Sequence record: OL856099
DNA: 64,000 bases
DNA from: Shigella phage CWP003
Strand: one strand, 5' to 3'
Shown here one piece after another: positions 18,733 to 28,303 of the stretch. A model generated the notes under the pieces. That model searched no databases. It saw only the letters and a program-made list of their open reading frames with translations, and had not been told where the DNA came from. The translations under genes were made by a program, and so were the position numbers. Every line of letters starts with the position of its first letter. Position 1 is the stretch's first letter.

Positions 18733-20000
18733 GTGCACAATATTCTTACATAGTAAGCACTGGTGTGATCACCATTGACACGGCAGATTTATTGGCTGAT
18801 GTTCAAGGTGAATGGATTGAGTCTTTAGGGGTCGGGCTTGATGTTGATGCTTCGACGCCGCAAGGCACGCTAATCGCAACAGAAACGTTGGCAAGAACTT
18901 CAGTGATGAAGAACAATGCCGAATTGGGAAGTCTCATCAACCCTAACTACTCATATGGAGTATATCTTGATGCAATCGCGGCGCTTCTTGGTATCGAGCG
19001 CACAAAGAACGTAAGCACGATGTTGAAAGGTGTGACTGCAGAGGGAACGCCGCTGCTGGAAATTCCTGCTGGAAGTCTTCTTACTGATTCAAATGGTACA
19101 TACTGGTATGTTCTGGAAGACGTTCAAATCACTTCGACTGGCAAGACAAGCAATATGACTCTTGCGTCAAAAGATTATGGATCATTCACTGTTACGCCTG
19201 ATGAAGAGTTTACAGTGGTGCAAGGTTATGATGTCATCGGATGGTCAAGAACTTATTCAACGTCGGCAACAACGACCGTGCCAGGAACACAATACATGAG
19301 CGACGGAGCATTAAAGGCCGCTCGTGTTAAGCGTCTTTACCAGCAGGGCATTGCATCGCTTGGTGCCATTCGCGCTCGCGCCATGTCGGTCGACGGTGTA
19401 GAATCTGTGATGGTCGTTGAGAACGACACAGGAGCGCCTGGAACGGTGCGCGGCATCACCTTCTCAACGCCTAACGGTGTTTGGGTGTGCGCAAGCGGAA
19501 CATTTGACAAGCAAGTGTTTGCGGAGACGATATTCAAGGCGAAGATGGGCGGTCAACCTTGGGACTTTGGCGCTGCTAATCAAGGTGATCCGGTAAACTC
19601 GCCTGATGGAATCGAAGTGGTCGATGCAGAATCACAACTGTCTTATTTCGTCAAATTCAACACTGCAGTGATATATGATTTGTATGTTGATATAACCGTT
19701 TCAAGAGGAACGGCTACCGCTGATGCTGAGTCTATTATTGCCGCTGTACTGAATTACGGCAATGGCAATTTTAACGGTGAGCAGGGGTATACAGTAGGGC
19801 AATCTCAATCTTCTTTTGAAATTGCTTCAGCAGTATCCTGCGAATATCCAGGACTTTACATCAAAGATTGCAAAATTGCAGCAGTCAAAAGCGGACAGGC
19901 AGCGCCAACTTATCCTTCCGATTATGGCAGCGAGTGGATTGCCAATCCATGGGATAAGGCCAATACCATGCGCGGCTTCATCAACGTTAAATTTGTGTGA
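18729..20000 (+). CDS. baseplate J-like protein
   Basis: start overlaps upstream stop; size and position. Confidence 0.4.
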   Translation: MSAQYSYIVSTGVITIDTADLLADVQGEWIESLGVGLDVDASTPQGTLIATETLARTSVMKNNAELGSLINPNYSYGVYLDAIAALLGIERTKNVSTMLKGVTAEGTPLLEIPAGSLLTDSNGTYWYVLEDVQITSTGKTSNMTLASKDYGSFTVTPDEEFTVVQGYDVIGWSRTYSTSATTTVPGTQYMSDGALKAARVKRLYQQGIASLGAIRARAMSVDGVESVMVVENDTGAPGTVRGITFSTPNGVWVCASGTFDKQVFAETIFKAKMGGQPWDFGAANQGDPVNSPDGIEVVDAESQLSYFVKFNTAVIYDLYVDITVSRGTATADAESIIAAVLNYGNGNFNGEQGYTVGQSQSSFEIASAVSCEYPGLYIKDCKIAAVKSGQAAPTYPSDYGSEWIANPWDKANTMRGFINVKFV

Positions 20001-20006
20001 GGAACT

Positions 20007-22745
20007 ATGCAAAAGTTTGACACAAACCTGTTGCAAAACCTTAAGTGGATGCAGAACAACGCGCCAAACATCACATCTTTGGTTCAGAAGAAGAGTGACT
20101 GGTATGAGCGATATCAAGATCAGTTTTGGATTGACTGGTACAAGAACATATTCAACATTGATACTTGTGATGCAATGGGCATCTATATTTGGTGTGACAT
20201 CCTATGCATACCAAGGGATTTTGTTGACTTAAGCAACTATGAGCACAACTGGGCGTTTGGACCCACACGCGACAACTTCGAAGGGCCGGACAATATCGGC
20301 GGCAACTTCTTTGGTGCTGGCGGAAAGGTTGTGAAAAACATCGAAGAAGCCCGCATCCTTCTGAAGCTTCGTTATCTGACGCTTACAAGTGATGGCCGCA
20401 TAGAAAGCATCAACCGTATGCTTAAGTGGATTTTCAACCGTGGAGAAGATTGGGATTACTCTTCATCGCGCTACGCATATGTGACAGATAATACTCAAGG
20501 CGCGGTGTCTTCTTCTGAAGCAACAAACGGCTCATTCCTTCTGTACGACTGGCAGGGGTCAACTGAGATTCAGCACGATTATAAACAAGTTCTTTTGAGC
20601 CACGGCAACAACGCAGGACTTACCATAAGTGGGGTGGCAGGGACCGTTTCGCGAATGGCACACCCAGACTGGTATTCATGGGGCAATGGTTCCGGCGCTG
20701 GTATTGTCGGCGGCGATACACGACAATATGGCGGCCCTGACTATTACGGCCAACTGTGCGGTGACTACCCAGGAGAGGCCATAGAGAATTTCGCCAACGC
20801 AGTACGGGTCATCAAGACCGCTTCCAGCGGCGAGCCTGTGTATTCTTTGGCCAATAATCCAAGCGCCCAATCTATTGCGCTTCCTTCTCAGGCTGGTGTC
20901 AACGTTTGCTATAGCTTCTACATAAAAGTGCTTTCTGAAAACGTGGCTTCTGTTTCCGTAACAGAGAACAGTGATGCATCGAGTAATGGAAAACTTTTCG
21001 ACCCAGTGACTGGGCAGTTCAATCTTGACTCTTCTTTGAGTTATTTCATCACAGGCAAGTTCGACGGTGTGAGAAGGGAATCAAACCGTGGTGGCATCAA
21101 GGCAATCGGCGGCGATTGGTACAGAATCTGGATTGTAGAGCAAACTGCAAACGCTACGGCTGGGGTGAAAACAAGCTTTTCAATTGAGTTGAAAGCAACT
21201 GCCGCTGGATCAACCCAGACTCGCGAATTGCCTGAAGGGTCTGATGCGCTTCTTTTTGGATACTCCATTTGTGTTTGCGACCCTGTTCAAAATCCTAATG
21301 GGCCTGAGCCTTATTTCTATGGGACTCAAAATCCTCCTGCAGATGGAACGGCAATCCTGTCTGTTACGGCAGGAACGCTCAACAACATATCTTGCGCAAA
21401 CGGTCCGTTGACCACAAGGGATGGCGTGGTAGGTGAATCATTCATGCAGCCTGGTTCATCGCTTGCATACTCTGGTTCAATCGGCGGCTACCCGTACCCA
21501 GGAAACGCAACATTGATTGCAGAGACAGATGGAATCAGACGCTCATGGAACGTTAGCCGACTGGACGGCGTACCGCCGCCGCCGACCGCTGACTATTACA
21601 TGGAATATGTCATCGGGCCTTATTTCGCCAACAACTTATCCGACAACTTTAAGACGCTAGTTGGCGACAGGAATGAAGGATTCTTGCCAGCAAATGCCGG
21701 AATACGTTGGCAGCTTTACCAAGAAGTCGCAGACTTATCTGATATTGATTTGACCGTCAGCAACATAACAGACACGCGAGTAGGATTCGAAACGGAAGGT
21801 GTCGCATGGATTAACACTGACGGCATCATCAGAGTTGGCGGCATAAACGAGTGGCCGTTGAACAACTTCAAAGGTGTTATACGACAGCTTGAATCTTTGA
21901 AAGGTGTGAACCAAGTTATCGACGGCGCACTTGTCAACGACTATTCAATCTCAAAAGCATCAAGAGATGACTTTGGTCGTGAAATCCCACGTGCTGCGAT
22001 CACAAACTACTGGCGATACACACAGCCCAATGACGGCACATCTTTTGGAAATATCGTCAAGGACGGAGATAACACGGTAACGGCGACGCCAATCAGCGGT
22101 GTGCCCAACCAGTTCCCATCATTCAAGCTTTCCGCTACAATAGGGACTGTGCCAGCGTCCGGCTATGCACGTGCTGTACTTGCTACTAAATACACTGGCA
22201 ACCTGACTGGTCCTTTGTCATTTATCGCAATAGTTAAAAACAACACGGTAAACGGTCAAAAACTTTTCGTAACCGTACCGGATGGTATGGGCGGCTATAT
22301 CCCTAAATTCTACAGCATAGGCGCAGGTGATTTGCAACGCATCGAAATTGACCTTGCCGCTGAGATTGTTGCAGGAACGACTTGGGATGGTTCGACAGGT
22401 GGAATCAGCATTGGTTTGATATCAGGGAAAGACTTGCCGACCGAAGTCGGTACGACTCTTGAACTTGATATTTTAAGCTTGATGCTTGTTTCTGGTAATA
22501 CGATGAATGCGCTTGCGATTTCAACAAGCGAAGACTTTGCAAAGAAAACTGCAACTTCTATATACATCAAAAACCCAGGGTCACTGGCGACTGGAGTTCA
22601 ATTGATAGCTTCGAATGGGGATGTTGTAGCGACAGTAAACTTTCCAAGAAGTGCTGCTGGCGGTTATGTTTCAAGCATGAATATAACTGACTCAACTGGT
22701 GATTGGGCATCAACCCTTTTATCAAAAATTAAATACATCGTGTAG
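20007..22745 (+). CDS. large tail fibre / baseplate wedge protein
   Basis: GAGGAA RBS; 912 aa; position. Confidence 0.45.
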   Translation: MQKFDTNLLQNLKWMQNNAPNITSLVQKKSDWYERYQDQFWIDWYKNIFNIDTCDAMGIYIWCDILCIPRDFVDLSNYEHNWAFGPTRDNFEGPDNIGGNFFGAGGKVVKNIEEARILLKLRYLTLTSDGRIESINRMLKWIFNRGEDWDYSSSRYAYVTDNTQGAVSSSEATNGSFLLYDWQGSTEIQHDYKQVLLSHGNNAGLTISGVAGTVSRMAHPDWYSWGNGSGAGIVGGDTRQYGGPDYYGQLCGDYPGEAIENFANAVRVIKTASSGEPVYSLANNPSAQSIALPSQAGVNVCYSFYIKVLSENVASVSVTENSDASSNGKLFDPVTGQFNLDSSLSYFITGKFDGVRRESNRGGIKAIGGDWYRIWIVEQTANATAGVKTSFSIELKATAAGSTQTRELPEGSDALLFGYSICVCDPVQNPNGPEPYFYGTQNPPADGTAILSVTAGTLNNISCANGPLTTRDGVVGESFMQPGSSLAYSGSIGGYPYPGNATLIAETDGIRRSWNVSRLDGVPPPPTADYYMEYVIGPYFANNLSDNFKTLVGDRNEGFLPANAGIRWQLYQEVADLSDIDLTVSNITDTRVGFETEGVAWINTDGIIRVGGINEWPLNNFKGVIRQLESLKGVNQVIDGALVNDYSISKASRDDFGREIPRAAITNYWRYTQPNDGTSFGNIVKDGDNTVTATPISGVPNQFPSFKLSATIGTVPASGYARAVLATKYTGNLTGPLSFIAIVKNNTVNGQKLFVTVPDGMGGYIPKFYSIGAGDLQRIEIDLAAEIVAGTTWDGSTGGISIGLISGKDLPTEVGTTLELDILSLMLVSGNTMNALAISTSEDFAKKTATSIYIKNPGSLATGVQLIASNGDVVATVNFPRSAAGGYVSSMNITDSTGDWASTLLSKIKYIV

Positions 22746-22755
22746 AGGAACGGCA

Positions 22756-24540
22756 ATGCCAACACTTATTAACAGACCTTTCGCGCAAAGCGGTGATGTA
22801 TCCGTGGTGCCGGATGCAAGCCCAAGCGGTTACGTGAACTTCCAGCGCGGCTACACACCTGACTATGCGCTTGCCCTGGAGGCTGGAAACGTCGCCGCGA
22901 AAGCTGTTGAGCGCGAATCCATGAACTGGTTGCTGAATTTGATTACAGACAACCTTATGTTTATTCAAGATCATGGCGCTCAACAATATTTCTCTTCTGA
23001 CTTGAAGCCGGATGGATACCCGAAAAACGCCATCGTAGTAAGCAACTCTGGAACGCCTTCAGCGCCTGAGTGGCGCATCTTTCAAAGCGTGGTCGACGGC
23101 AACACAAGCGCCGTACCAGCCAACGGAGAAACGGAATCTTGGCAGGAATTAACGCTGCCCAGCGAAGCGCGAAAATACATTCCGATGCCTGCTGGCGGCG
23201 ATGCGCAAAACCCGTACTTTGTTCGTGGATTGATTTCAAGTTTTGTGGACTTCGATAATATCACGACTTCCACAACTATCGTGATTCAATCCGATTCCGT
23301 CGCCGCTCTGTGCTCTAACATCCCGAATGCGGTTGGCGCAACGAAGGTTGCAGGTCGGCTGCAGGTCTGCGCTTGGCAGGTCGATGCGCAGACCTTTGCC
23401 TTGCAGCAATATACATCAATGAATGGCTATTTGTTTACTCGCTCTTATGCTTCTGGTGCTTGGAGTGCTTGGATTCAAAATGCCACTGTTCAAGACGTGC
23501 AAATTGGAACGCCGAATCTTGCATCAGGTAAAGGAGCGCAAGACATAATCCTTACCGTCCCAGCAGGTTATTCATGGCCTCCGTCAGCAGGTAGTCGCCT
23601 GACAATCGTCAATGATGTAACGACTACCGGACCTGTCACAGTGACCATTGGTGTAAACAAAGTTGCCGTTCTTGGATTCGACGGCAGCGAGTTGCCAGCT
23701 GGCGCTATCGTAGGCCTGTTGCCATTCACCATCATCTATGACGGCACTGTTTGGCGTCTTCTTCAGGCATTCGGCGCGGCGCAAATCGGCGTTGATGCTA
23801 CGGAGCCGCAGCAGTTTGTTACCAAAAGGCAACTTGACGCGCTTGCCGCGAAGTTGATTACCATGGGCGACGTATTCGAAGTTGGTGAGACTCGATTCCT
23901 TACCAACGGTACTAACCCAAACACTAAACTGGGCGCTTACGGTCAGGTATGGACAAGGTTGCCTGATAACATGGTGATTCGCACGTCTGGCACGGCGCGA
24001 AACGGTCTTGATACAGGCGGTGCAGACTCTGTTACTCTTACCGCTGCAATGCTTCCACTCCACAATCACAGTGTGAACATTACCACGCGACAAAGTGGTC
24101 CATGGTCAAATACCACTGGAGACGCAGGCAACCATAACCATATAGGTGATACAAGCCAAAACGGTGCTCACTCTCACGGTATGGATGCGGCTGGCAACCA
24201 CCATCACGACAGTGGATGGGGCGAGGCGTTTGCCGACCAAGCTCGATACGGAGTTTATGATGGAACAAACAACAACATTGGAAGCAGAAAGACGGATTAT
24301 GATAACTACAAGTTCAACACTTCAACTAACGGCAACCATGTCCACAATATTCAATCTTCTGGTTCACACACCCATGGCTTGAATATTCAATTTTCCGGCA
24401 ATCACAGCCACAGCTATACACTTCCCGCTCACACTCACGATGTGGTCGGTAACACTGGCGATGCAGGACAGTCCGTGCCGACGGCTGTTGCTACTTTGCC
24501 GCGATACGTTGTTTTGAATGGCTGGTACAGAAGCGCATAA
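22756..24540 (+). CDS. tail fibre protein with C-terminal HxH repeats
   Basis: GAGGAA RBS before ATG 22756; C-terminus carries repeated H-x-H motifs (NHNHIG, HSHG, NHHHD, HVHN, HTHG, HSHS, HTHD) as in metal-binding fibre tips. Confidence 0.55.
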   Translation: MPTLINRPFAQSGDVSVVPDASPSGYVNFQRGYTPDYALALEAGNVAAKAVERESMNWLLNLITDNLMFIQDHGAQQYFSSDLKPDGYPKNAIVVSNSGTPSAPEWRIFQSVVDGNTSAVPANGETESWQELTLPSEARKYIPMPAGGDAQNPYFVRGLISSFVDFDNITTSTTIVIQSDSVAALCSNIPNAVGATKVAGRLQVCAWQVDAQTFALQQYTSMNGYLFTRSYASGAWSAWIQNATVQDVQIGTPNLASGKGAQDIILTVPAGYSWPPSAGSRLTIVNDVTTTGPVTVTIGVNKVAVLGFDGSELPAGAIVGLLPFTIIYDGTVWRLLQAFGAAQIGVDATEPQQFVTKRQLDALAAKLITMGDVFEVGETRFLTNGTNPNTKLGAYGQVWTRLPDNMVIRTSGTARNGLDTGGADSVTLTAAMLPLHNHSVNITTRQSGPWSNTTGDAGNHNHIGDTSQNGAHSHGMDAAGNHHHDSGWGEAFADQARYGVYDGTNNNIGSRKTDYDNYKFNTSTNGNHVHNIQSSGSHTHGLNIQFSGNHSHSYTLPAHTHDVVGNTGDAGQSVPTAVATLPRYVVLNGWYRSA

Positions 24541-24548
24541 GGTGATTT

Positions 24549-25193
24549 ATGATTAATGCAAACGTAATATCTAAAGGGACCGGATGCAGCATGGATGTTG
24601 CAGAGAAATGGGTGGACCATTTCAAGCAGGCTTGTGAGCACTACGGAATCAAAAGCAAGAATGCCATCGCGGCATTCCTTGCAAACGTAGGAGTAGAGAC
24701 GGGCAGCTTGAAGACCTTTGTGGAAAATCTCAACTACTCTGCTCAAGGTCTTGCCAATACATGGCCTAGTCGTTACAGCGTCAACGGTCGCTCTGGAAGT
24801 GCCCCGAACTCATTGGCCCTGTCGATTGCCCGTAAACCTGTGGAAATCGCCAATAATACATATGCAAACCGCATGGGCAACGGTTCAGTAGCATCTGGCG
24901 ACGGTTGGAAGTACCGTGGCCGTGGTGCCATTCAGCTGACTGGAAAGGCCAACTATGCGGAATATACGCGTCAATCAGGCTATGATGCATTGAACAATCC
25001 TGATATTCTGACTGAACCAAAATACATTGCTGACAGCGCGGCATGGTTCTTTAAGAATAGCGGCTGTATTCCTCTTGCGGATGCAGGAAATTTTGATTCA
25101 ACCGTTAAGCGGATTAACGGGGCCGCGCCGAACGCAGCAAACCACGGCGAGTTGCGAAGAAAGCGTTACAAGGATGCATTAGCAGTTATGTAA
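24549..25193 (+). CDS. endolysin, glycoside hydrolase family 19-like
   Basis: AAGGTGA RBS; motifs NVGVETGSL and YRGRGAIQLTGKANY characteristic of GH19 muramidases; no signal peptide. Confidence 0.7.
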   Translation: MINANVISKGTGCSMDVAEKWVDHFKQACEHYGIKSKNAIAAFLANVGVETGSLKTFVENLNYSAQGLANTWPSRYSVNGRSGSAPNSLALSIARKPVEIANNTYANRMGNGSVASGDGWKYRGRGAIQLTGKANYAEYTRQSGYDALNNPDILTEPKYIADSAAWFFKNSGCIPLADAGNFDSTVKRINGAAPNAANHGELRRKRYKDALAVM

Positions 25194-25196
25194 GAA

Positions 25197-25218
25197 AAAG
25201 GCCCATATGGGCCTTTGT
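25197..25218. terminator. bidirectional rho-independent terminator between convergent genes
   Basis: AAAAAGGCCCATATGGGCCTTTGTTT hairpin with flanking A/T runs. Confidence 0.5.
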
Positions 25219-25449
25219 TTATTTTACGGCTTCAACTTGGACGGGCGGAGCGGAACTTGTATCAATGTCTGGCAAGTCGAAGTAATACCCCGCCATACCA
25301 ATTGCACCCACAATCGCGGCCCGTGCCACCTTGTTGCTAATTGACTCCCCAATAAGCTTTACCAACAGGGATAAGATTTGAGACGTCAAAGCCTTTTTCA
25401 GCCTTTTGTTTTCTTCCAAATCTTTCTGCATAACTACCACCCATGTCAA
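25219..25449 (-). CDS. small membrane protein (holin or moron product candidate)
   Basis: one hydrophobic segment AAIVGAIGMAGYYF; start overlaps upstream stop. Confidence 0.4.
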   Translation of the reverse strand: MTWVVVMQKDLEENKRLKKALTSQILSLLVKLIGESISNKVARAAIVGAIGMAGYYFDLPDIDTSSAPPVQVEAVK

Positions 25450-25988
25450 CGCACTTCCTGTGTCTTAACATTACCTGAAGCATCTCTCAAGGGCAGTGGA
25501 TAGTAGGCCATTTGGTAGTCTGATACGCCTTCAATGTGATAAAACACGATTACGTCTTTGCTGTTGATGAGCATGTTAACGACATCTGATTTATCTTCTG
25601 GAGTGAGTATTAGTGCGCCGCCTGTCCTGCTGTCTACTGCAACAGGGTATGTCTTGTCGACAAGGCCGCTGTCCAATGTATTATACCTGACAACGATTTC
25701 AGGGGCATCAACTTTTGCCATTGACATTCCGAACACAAACGACACGACCTGCCGACCGCGATCATTCATTACGCACATCTTTTCTTTGTCAAATCTTTCT
25801 TTTATTACGTCGTATTTATTCCAGCAAAACTCAAATGACTGCCCATTGTTAAAATATCTTGTCAAAACTTTTGCACTTCCATTCGGCGGCGTAAACATAT
25901 TTTCAGCCGATGCAGTCTTGGTGAAGAATATAACTGTCAGCATAGCCATGATGATGATCAAAACAATCTTTAATTTGTTCGCTTTCAT
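25446..25988 (-). CDS. secreted / periplasmic protein with signal peptide
   Basis: AAAGGTGA RBS; N-terminus MKANKLKIVLIIIMAMLTVIFFTKTASA-EN is a typical Sec signal; own promoter (TTTACT-16-TATACT) upstream. Confidence 0.5.
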   Translation of the reverse strand: MKANKLKIVLIIIMAMLTVIFFTKTASAENMFTPPNGSAKVLTRYFNNGQSFEFCWNKYDVIKERFDKEKMCVMNDRGRQVVSFVFGMSMAKVDAPEIVVRYNTLDSGLVDKTYPVAVDSRTGGALILTPEDKSDVVNMLINSKDVIVFYHIEGVSDYQMAYYPLPLRDASGNVKTQEVR

Positions 25989-26070
25989 TATAATTCACCT
26001 TTTGATTATGAATATTAATAGTATAGGCTTAAGGTTTTGAAAGTAAATACGCCGAAAGTAAATAAAAGAA

Positions 26071-26092
26071 AAGCCGGAAATTTCCGGCTTTA
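26071..26092 (-). terminator. rho-independent terminator after ligase operon
   Basis: AAAGCCGGAAATTTCCGGCTTT hairpin followed on the minus strand by a T-run. Confidence 0.45.
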
Positions 26093-26163
26093 TGTATACA
26101 CTGTATATTAAATTCTAGAAAACGGCGCGATAGATTATACGCAACAATTATTTATCCAGTGTG

Positions 26164-27138
26164 TTAAAAATACTCCATATCGGTAATATCACGGAAGCAC
26201 TTATACAAGGCAGAGCGCGGCACGTCAACTATGCCAAAGTTAAAGAATTTATATGTCAAATACTTGTTTCGATAATTCTCGCGATTCTCCCAAAGCATTT
26301 TTCTCTCTGCCATAGGCATTGAACCAGCGGAGACGCGGAAGGGAATCATTTCACCTTTCTCATCAACATATTTTGGATTGACAACCACAAATGATCCAAG
26401 GTATCCTTTTGCAACTAAGCCTTCAGCCTCTTTCGAACGCTTAGTGCGACCCAACTCATCAATGAATGCTTCGTTGTTATTCTCCATCATCTCAACGAAG
26501 TCTATGATCAGTCCTTCTTCATCGGTCCACGGCTTGTCCTTCCACACATCACGTGACTTTGGCGTCGCGCGGCCATGCTTGTATTTGCCCGTCCAAGACT
26601 TGCCATACAAGCCTTCATAGCCAAGCTGGTCTGCTTCGATTTGCATCGCCGCGTACTGTTCCATATTTTCGATGTTTCGATATTCGAGAGCGCGAAGGAA
26701 TGGGCGTCGACCATGGTTGATGAGGTGCTGATTGACTTCAGCAACTCTAGCGCGATAGTTTGCATAACGCTTTTCAAAAGGCAAATCAGGGTCGCTGAAG
26801 TCATCAAACACCCACCATGTAAAGTTAGTGATTGCATCAGTGTTCATGCATGCAGTATAGGCCTGTTGCATGACGTTCTTGTCATTCGGATTACCGTCAA
26901 TTAGCTCTCCATCAAGTCCGTGAATCAATTCACCCAAGAATAGGAACTCTTTTTTGATTTGAATGTTGCGCAGTGCCATGCCGGATGTGCCCATTGGCAA
27001 GTTGTCATACGCCATCGCGCGTATTCCATCGACCTTGAAGGATAATCCGCAAGGCAGCGGCACATCTTCGCCGCGCTCGATGATTTGTTTACGCTGGCAA
27101 CCTTTCATTGGTTTTAATGCTTTGATTTCTCCTGCCAT
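26164..27138 (-). CDS. ATP-dependent DNA ligase
   Basis: AAGGAG RBS before second ATG; nucleotidyltransferase motif I SFKVDGIRAM; DGELI and EGLVAK motifs. Confidence 0.6.
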   Translation of the reverse strand: MAGEIKALKPMKGCQRKQIIERGEDVPLPCGLSFKVDGIRAMAYDNLPMGTSGMALRNIQIKKEFLFLGELIHGLDGELIDGNPNDKNVMQQAYTACMNTDAITNFTWWVFDDFSDPDLPFEKRYANYRARVAEVNQHLINHGRRPFLRALEYRNIENMEQYAAMQIEADQLGYEGLYGKSWTGKYKHGRATPKSRDVWKDKPWTDEEGLIIDFVEMMENNNEAFIDELGRTKRSKEAEGLVAKGYLGSFVVVNPKYVDEKGEMIPFRVSAGSMPMAERKMLWENRENYRNKYLTYKFFNFGIVDVPRSALYKCFRDITDMEYF

Positions 27139-27731
27139 CACTCAAACTCCTTATTCATCACTTGTTCCAGCGCATAGGCATAAGCCTGATCAGTCGATTT
27201 AATAAACGTTCCGTTGTACATCACACCTTTACGGTCCTTGATGTCTTCATAGGCGGCTTGAGCGCAATCAGACAGTCGAAGTCCATAATCATGCGCTACG
27301 CCGGAAAGATAATCGACTGCGGCCATGATAGTGACATCAATATCCATGCTTTGATTTTTAGCAATGGCGTCACCAAGCCGTCCGAGAGTCTTCGCCAAGC
27401 GAAGGATAAAGGAATGAGGGTGAGCGCCTTTGTCAGCGCAACCGCCTCCGTTGATGTCTTCGATTTTTGCACCATTTTGCGCGGCAAGAATAGTTAACAC
27501 AACAAGGCAATCACCGATGTCGTCCTTGATTGCGGCTTGCAAATCACAAATGGCCTGCTCTGTATATCCGATTTCAGGGTCAAAGAACACAAGGTCATGG
27601 AGTTGATCCACGTGGTCGGTCAACTCCCCAAACTCGCTAATAAGCTTCGGGTATTGGTCTTTAAGGCCGCAACCTTTGATGATGTTACGGTCAGAAGCCC
27701 ATTGGCGAATGTTTGCATAAATCTGGTTCAT
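27138..27731 (-). CDS. MazG-like nucleoside triphosphate pyrophosphohydrolase
   Basis: KLISEFGEL and IGDCLVVL segments fit the MazG EExxE-type helical fold. Confidence 0.5.
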   Translation of the reverse strand: MNQIYANIRQWASDRNIIKGCGLKDQYPKLISEFGELTDHVDQLHDLVFFDPEIGYTEQAICDLQAAIKDDIGDCLVVLTILAAQNGAKIEDINGGGCADKGAHPHSFILRLAKTLGRLGDAIAKNQSMDIDVTIMAAVDYLSGVAHDYGLRLSDCAQAAYEDIKDRKGVMYNGTFIKSTDQAYAYALEQVMNKEFE

Positions 27732-28246
27732 TTATTTTCCTTTGATGCGTTGAATTGGTCGATTTTAATTTTAGCCTGATTATAAGTATCAATCAAGCTA
27801 TTAACTTTCTCTTTTAATCGGTTCGTTTCTGCGGCGAACTGAACAAGAAATCGGACATCCTCTTCTGATAGTCCACAGTTTCCTTCTGGGATAGAGAGGC
27901 GTCCAGTGGTCGCAGAGTAGGGCACACTCCTGAGTAATTCACGGGAACAGCTGAGTTGCTCGCGCAGCTTGATATTCCCAGACTTGTAACGAGCAATAGT
28001 GTCATCAGCAACCAGTTGCGCTTCCTGGCGACCCTTCTCATATGCCGATGCCGATTCAACCTGTAAAGATGCAATTTGCTCTTCGAGTGCATTTATCTTG
28101 TCCTTACGCTCATTAAGCGATGTCAGATATTGATTGTCCTTGGCCAGTGATGCGTTGGTTTGCTGAAGGTCTTCAACGTATGATCCAGCGGCGAACGCGC
28201 CAACAAGGGCCAGAATCTTCAGTAGCGGTACAATTCTTTCTATCAT
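27728..28246 (-). CDS. Rz: i-spanin (Rz-like)
   Basis: N-terminal transmembrane segment, coiled-coil periplasmic region, conserved Cys residues; lipoprotein ORF embedded in +1 frame. Confidence 0.55.
   Translation of the reverse strand: MIERIVPLLKILALVGAFAAGSYVEDLQQTNASLAKDNQYLTSLNERKDKINALEEQIASLQVESASAYEKGRQEAQLVADDTIARYKSGNIKLREQLSCSRELLRSVPYSATTGRLSIPEGNCGLSEEDVRFLVQFAAETNRLKEKVNSLIDTYNQAKIKIDQFNASKENK
27814..28041 (-). CDS. Rz1: o-spanin (Rz1-like lipoprotein) embedded within the Rz frame
   Basis: MRRVARKRNWLLMTLLLVTSLGISS-C lipoprotein signal with lipobox; wholly inside 27728-28246 in a different frame. Confidence 0.5.
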   Translation of the reverse strand: MRRVARKRNWLLMTLLLVTSLGISSCASNSAVPVNYSGVCPTLRPLDASLSQKETVDYQKRMSDFLFSSPQKRTD

Positions 28247-28264
28247 GATGCACCAGATAAATAA

Positions 28265-28286
28265 AAGGCCGCCAATCGGCAGCCTT
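28265..28286 (-). terminator. hairpin terminator after SSB-like gene
   Basis: AAGGCCGCC-AATC-GGCAGCCTT stem-loop with T-run on the minus strand. Confidence 0.35.
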
Positions 28287-28303
28287 GTTGATTTGATTGT
28301 CGA

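Noticed and set aside
27138-27731. MazG-like gene as part of a Z-genome (aminoadenine) pathway
   Set aside because: No PurZ-like adenylosuccinate-synthetase homolog or HD-domain dATPase was seen in the window; MazG alone is common in phages
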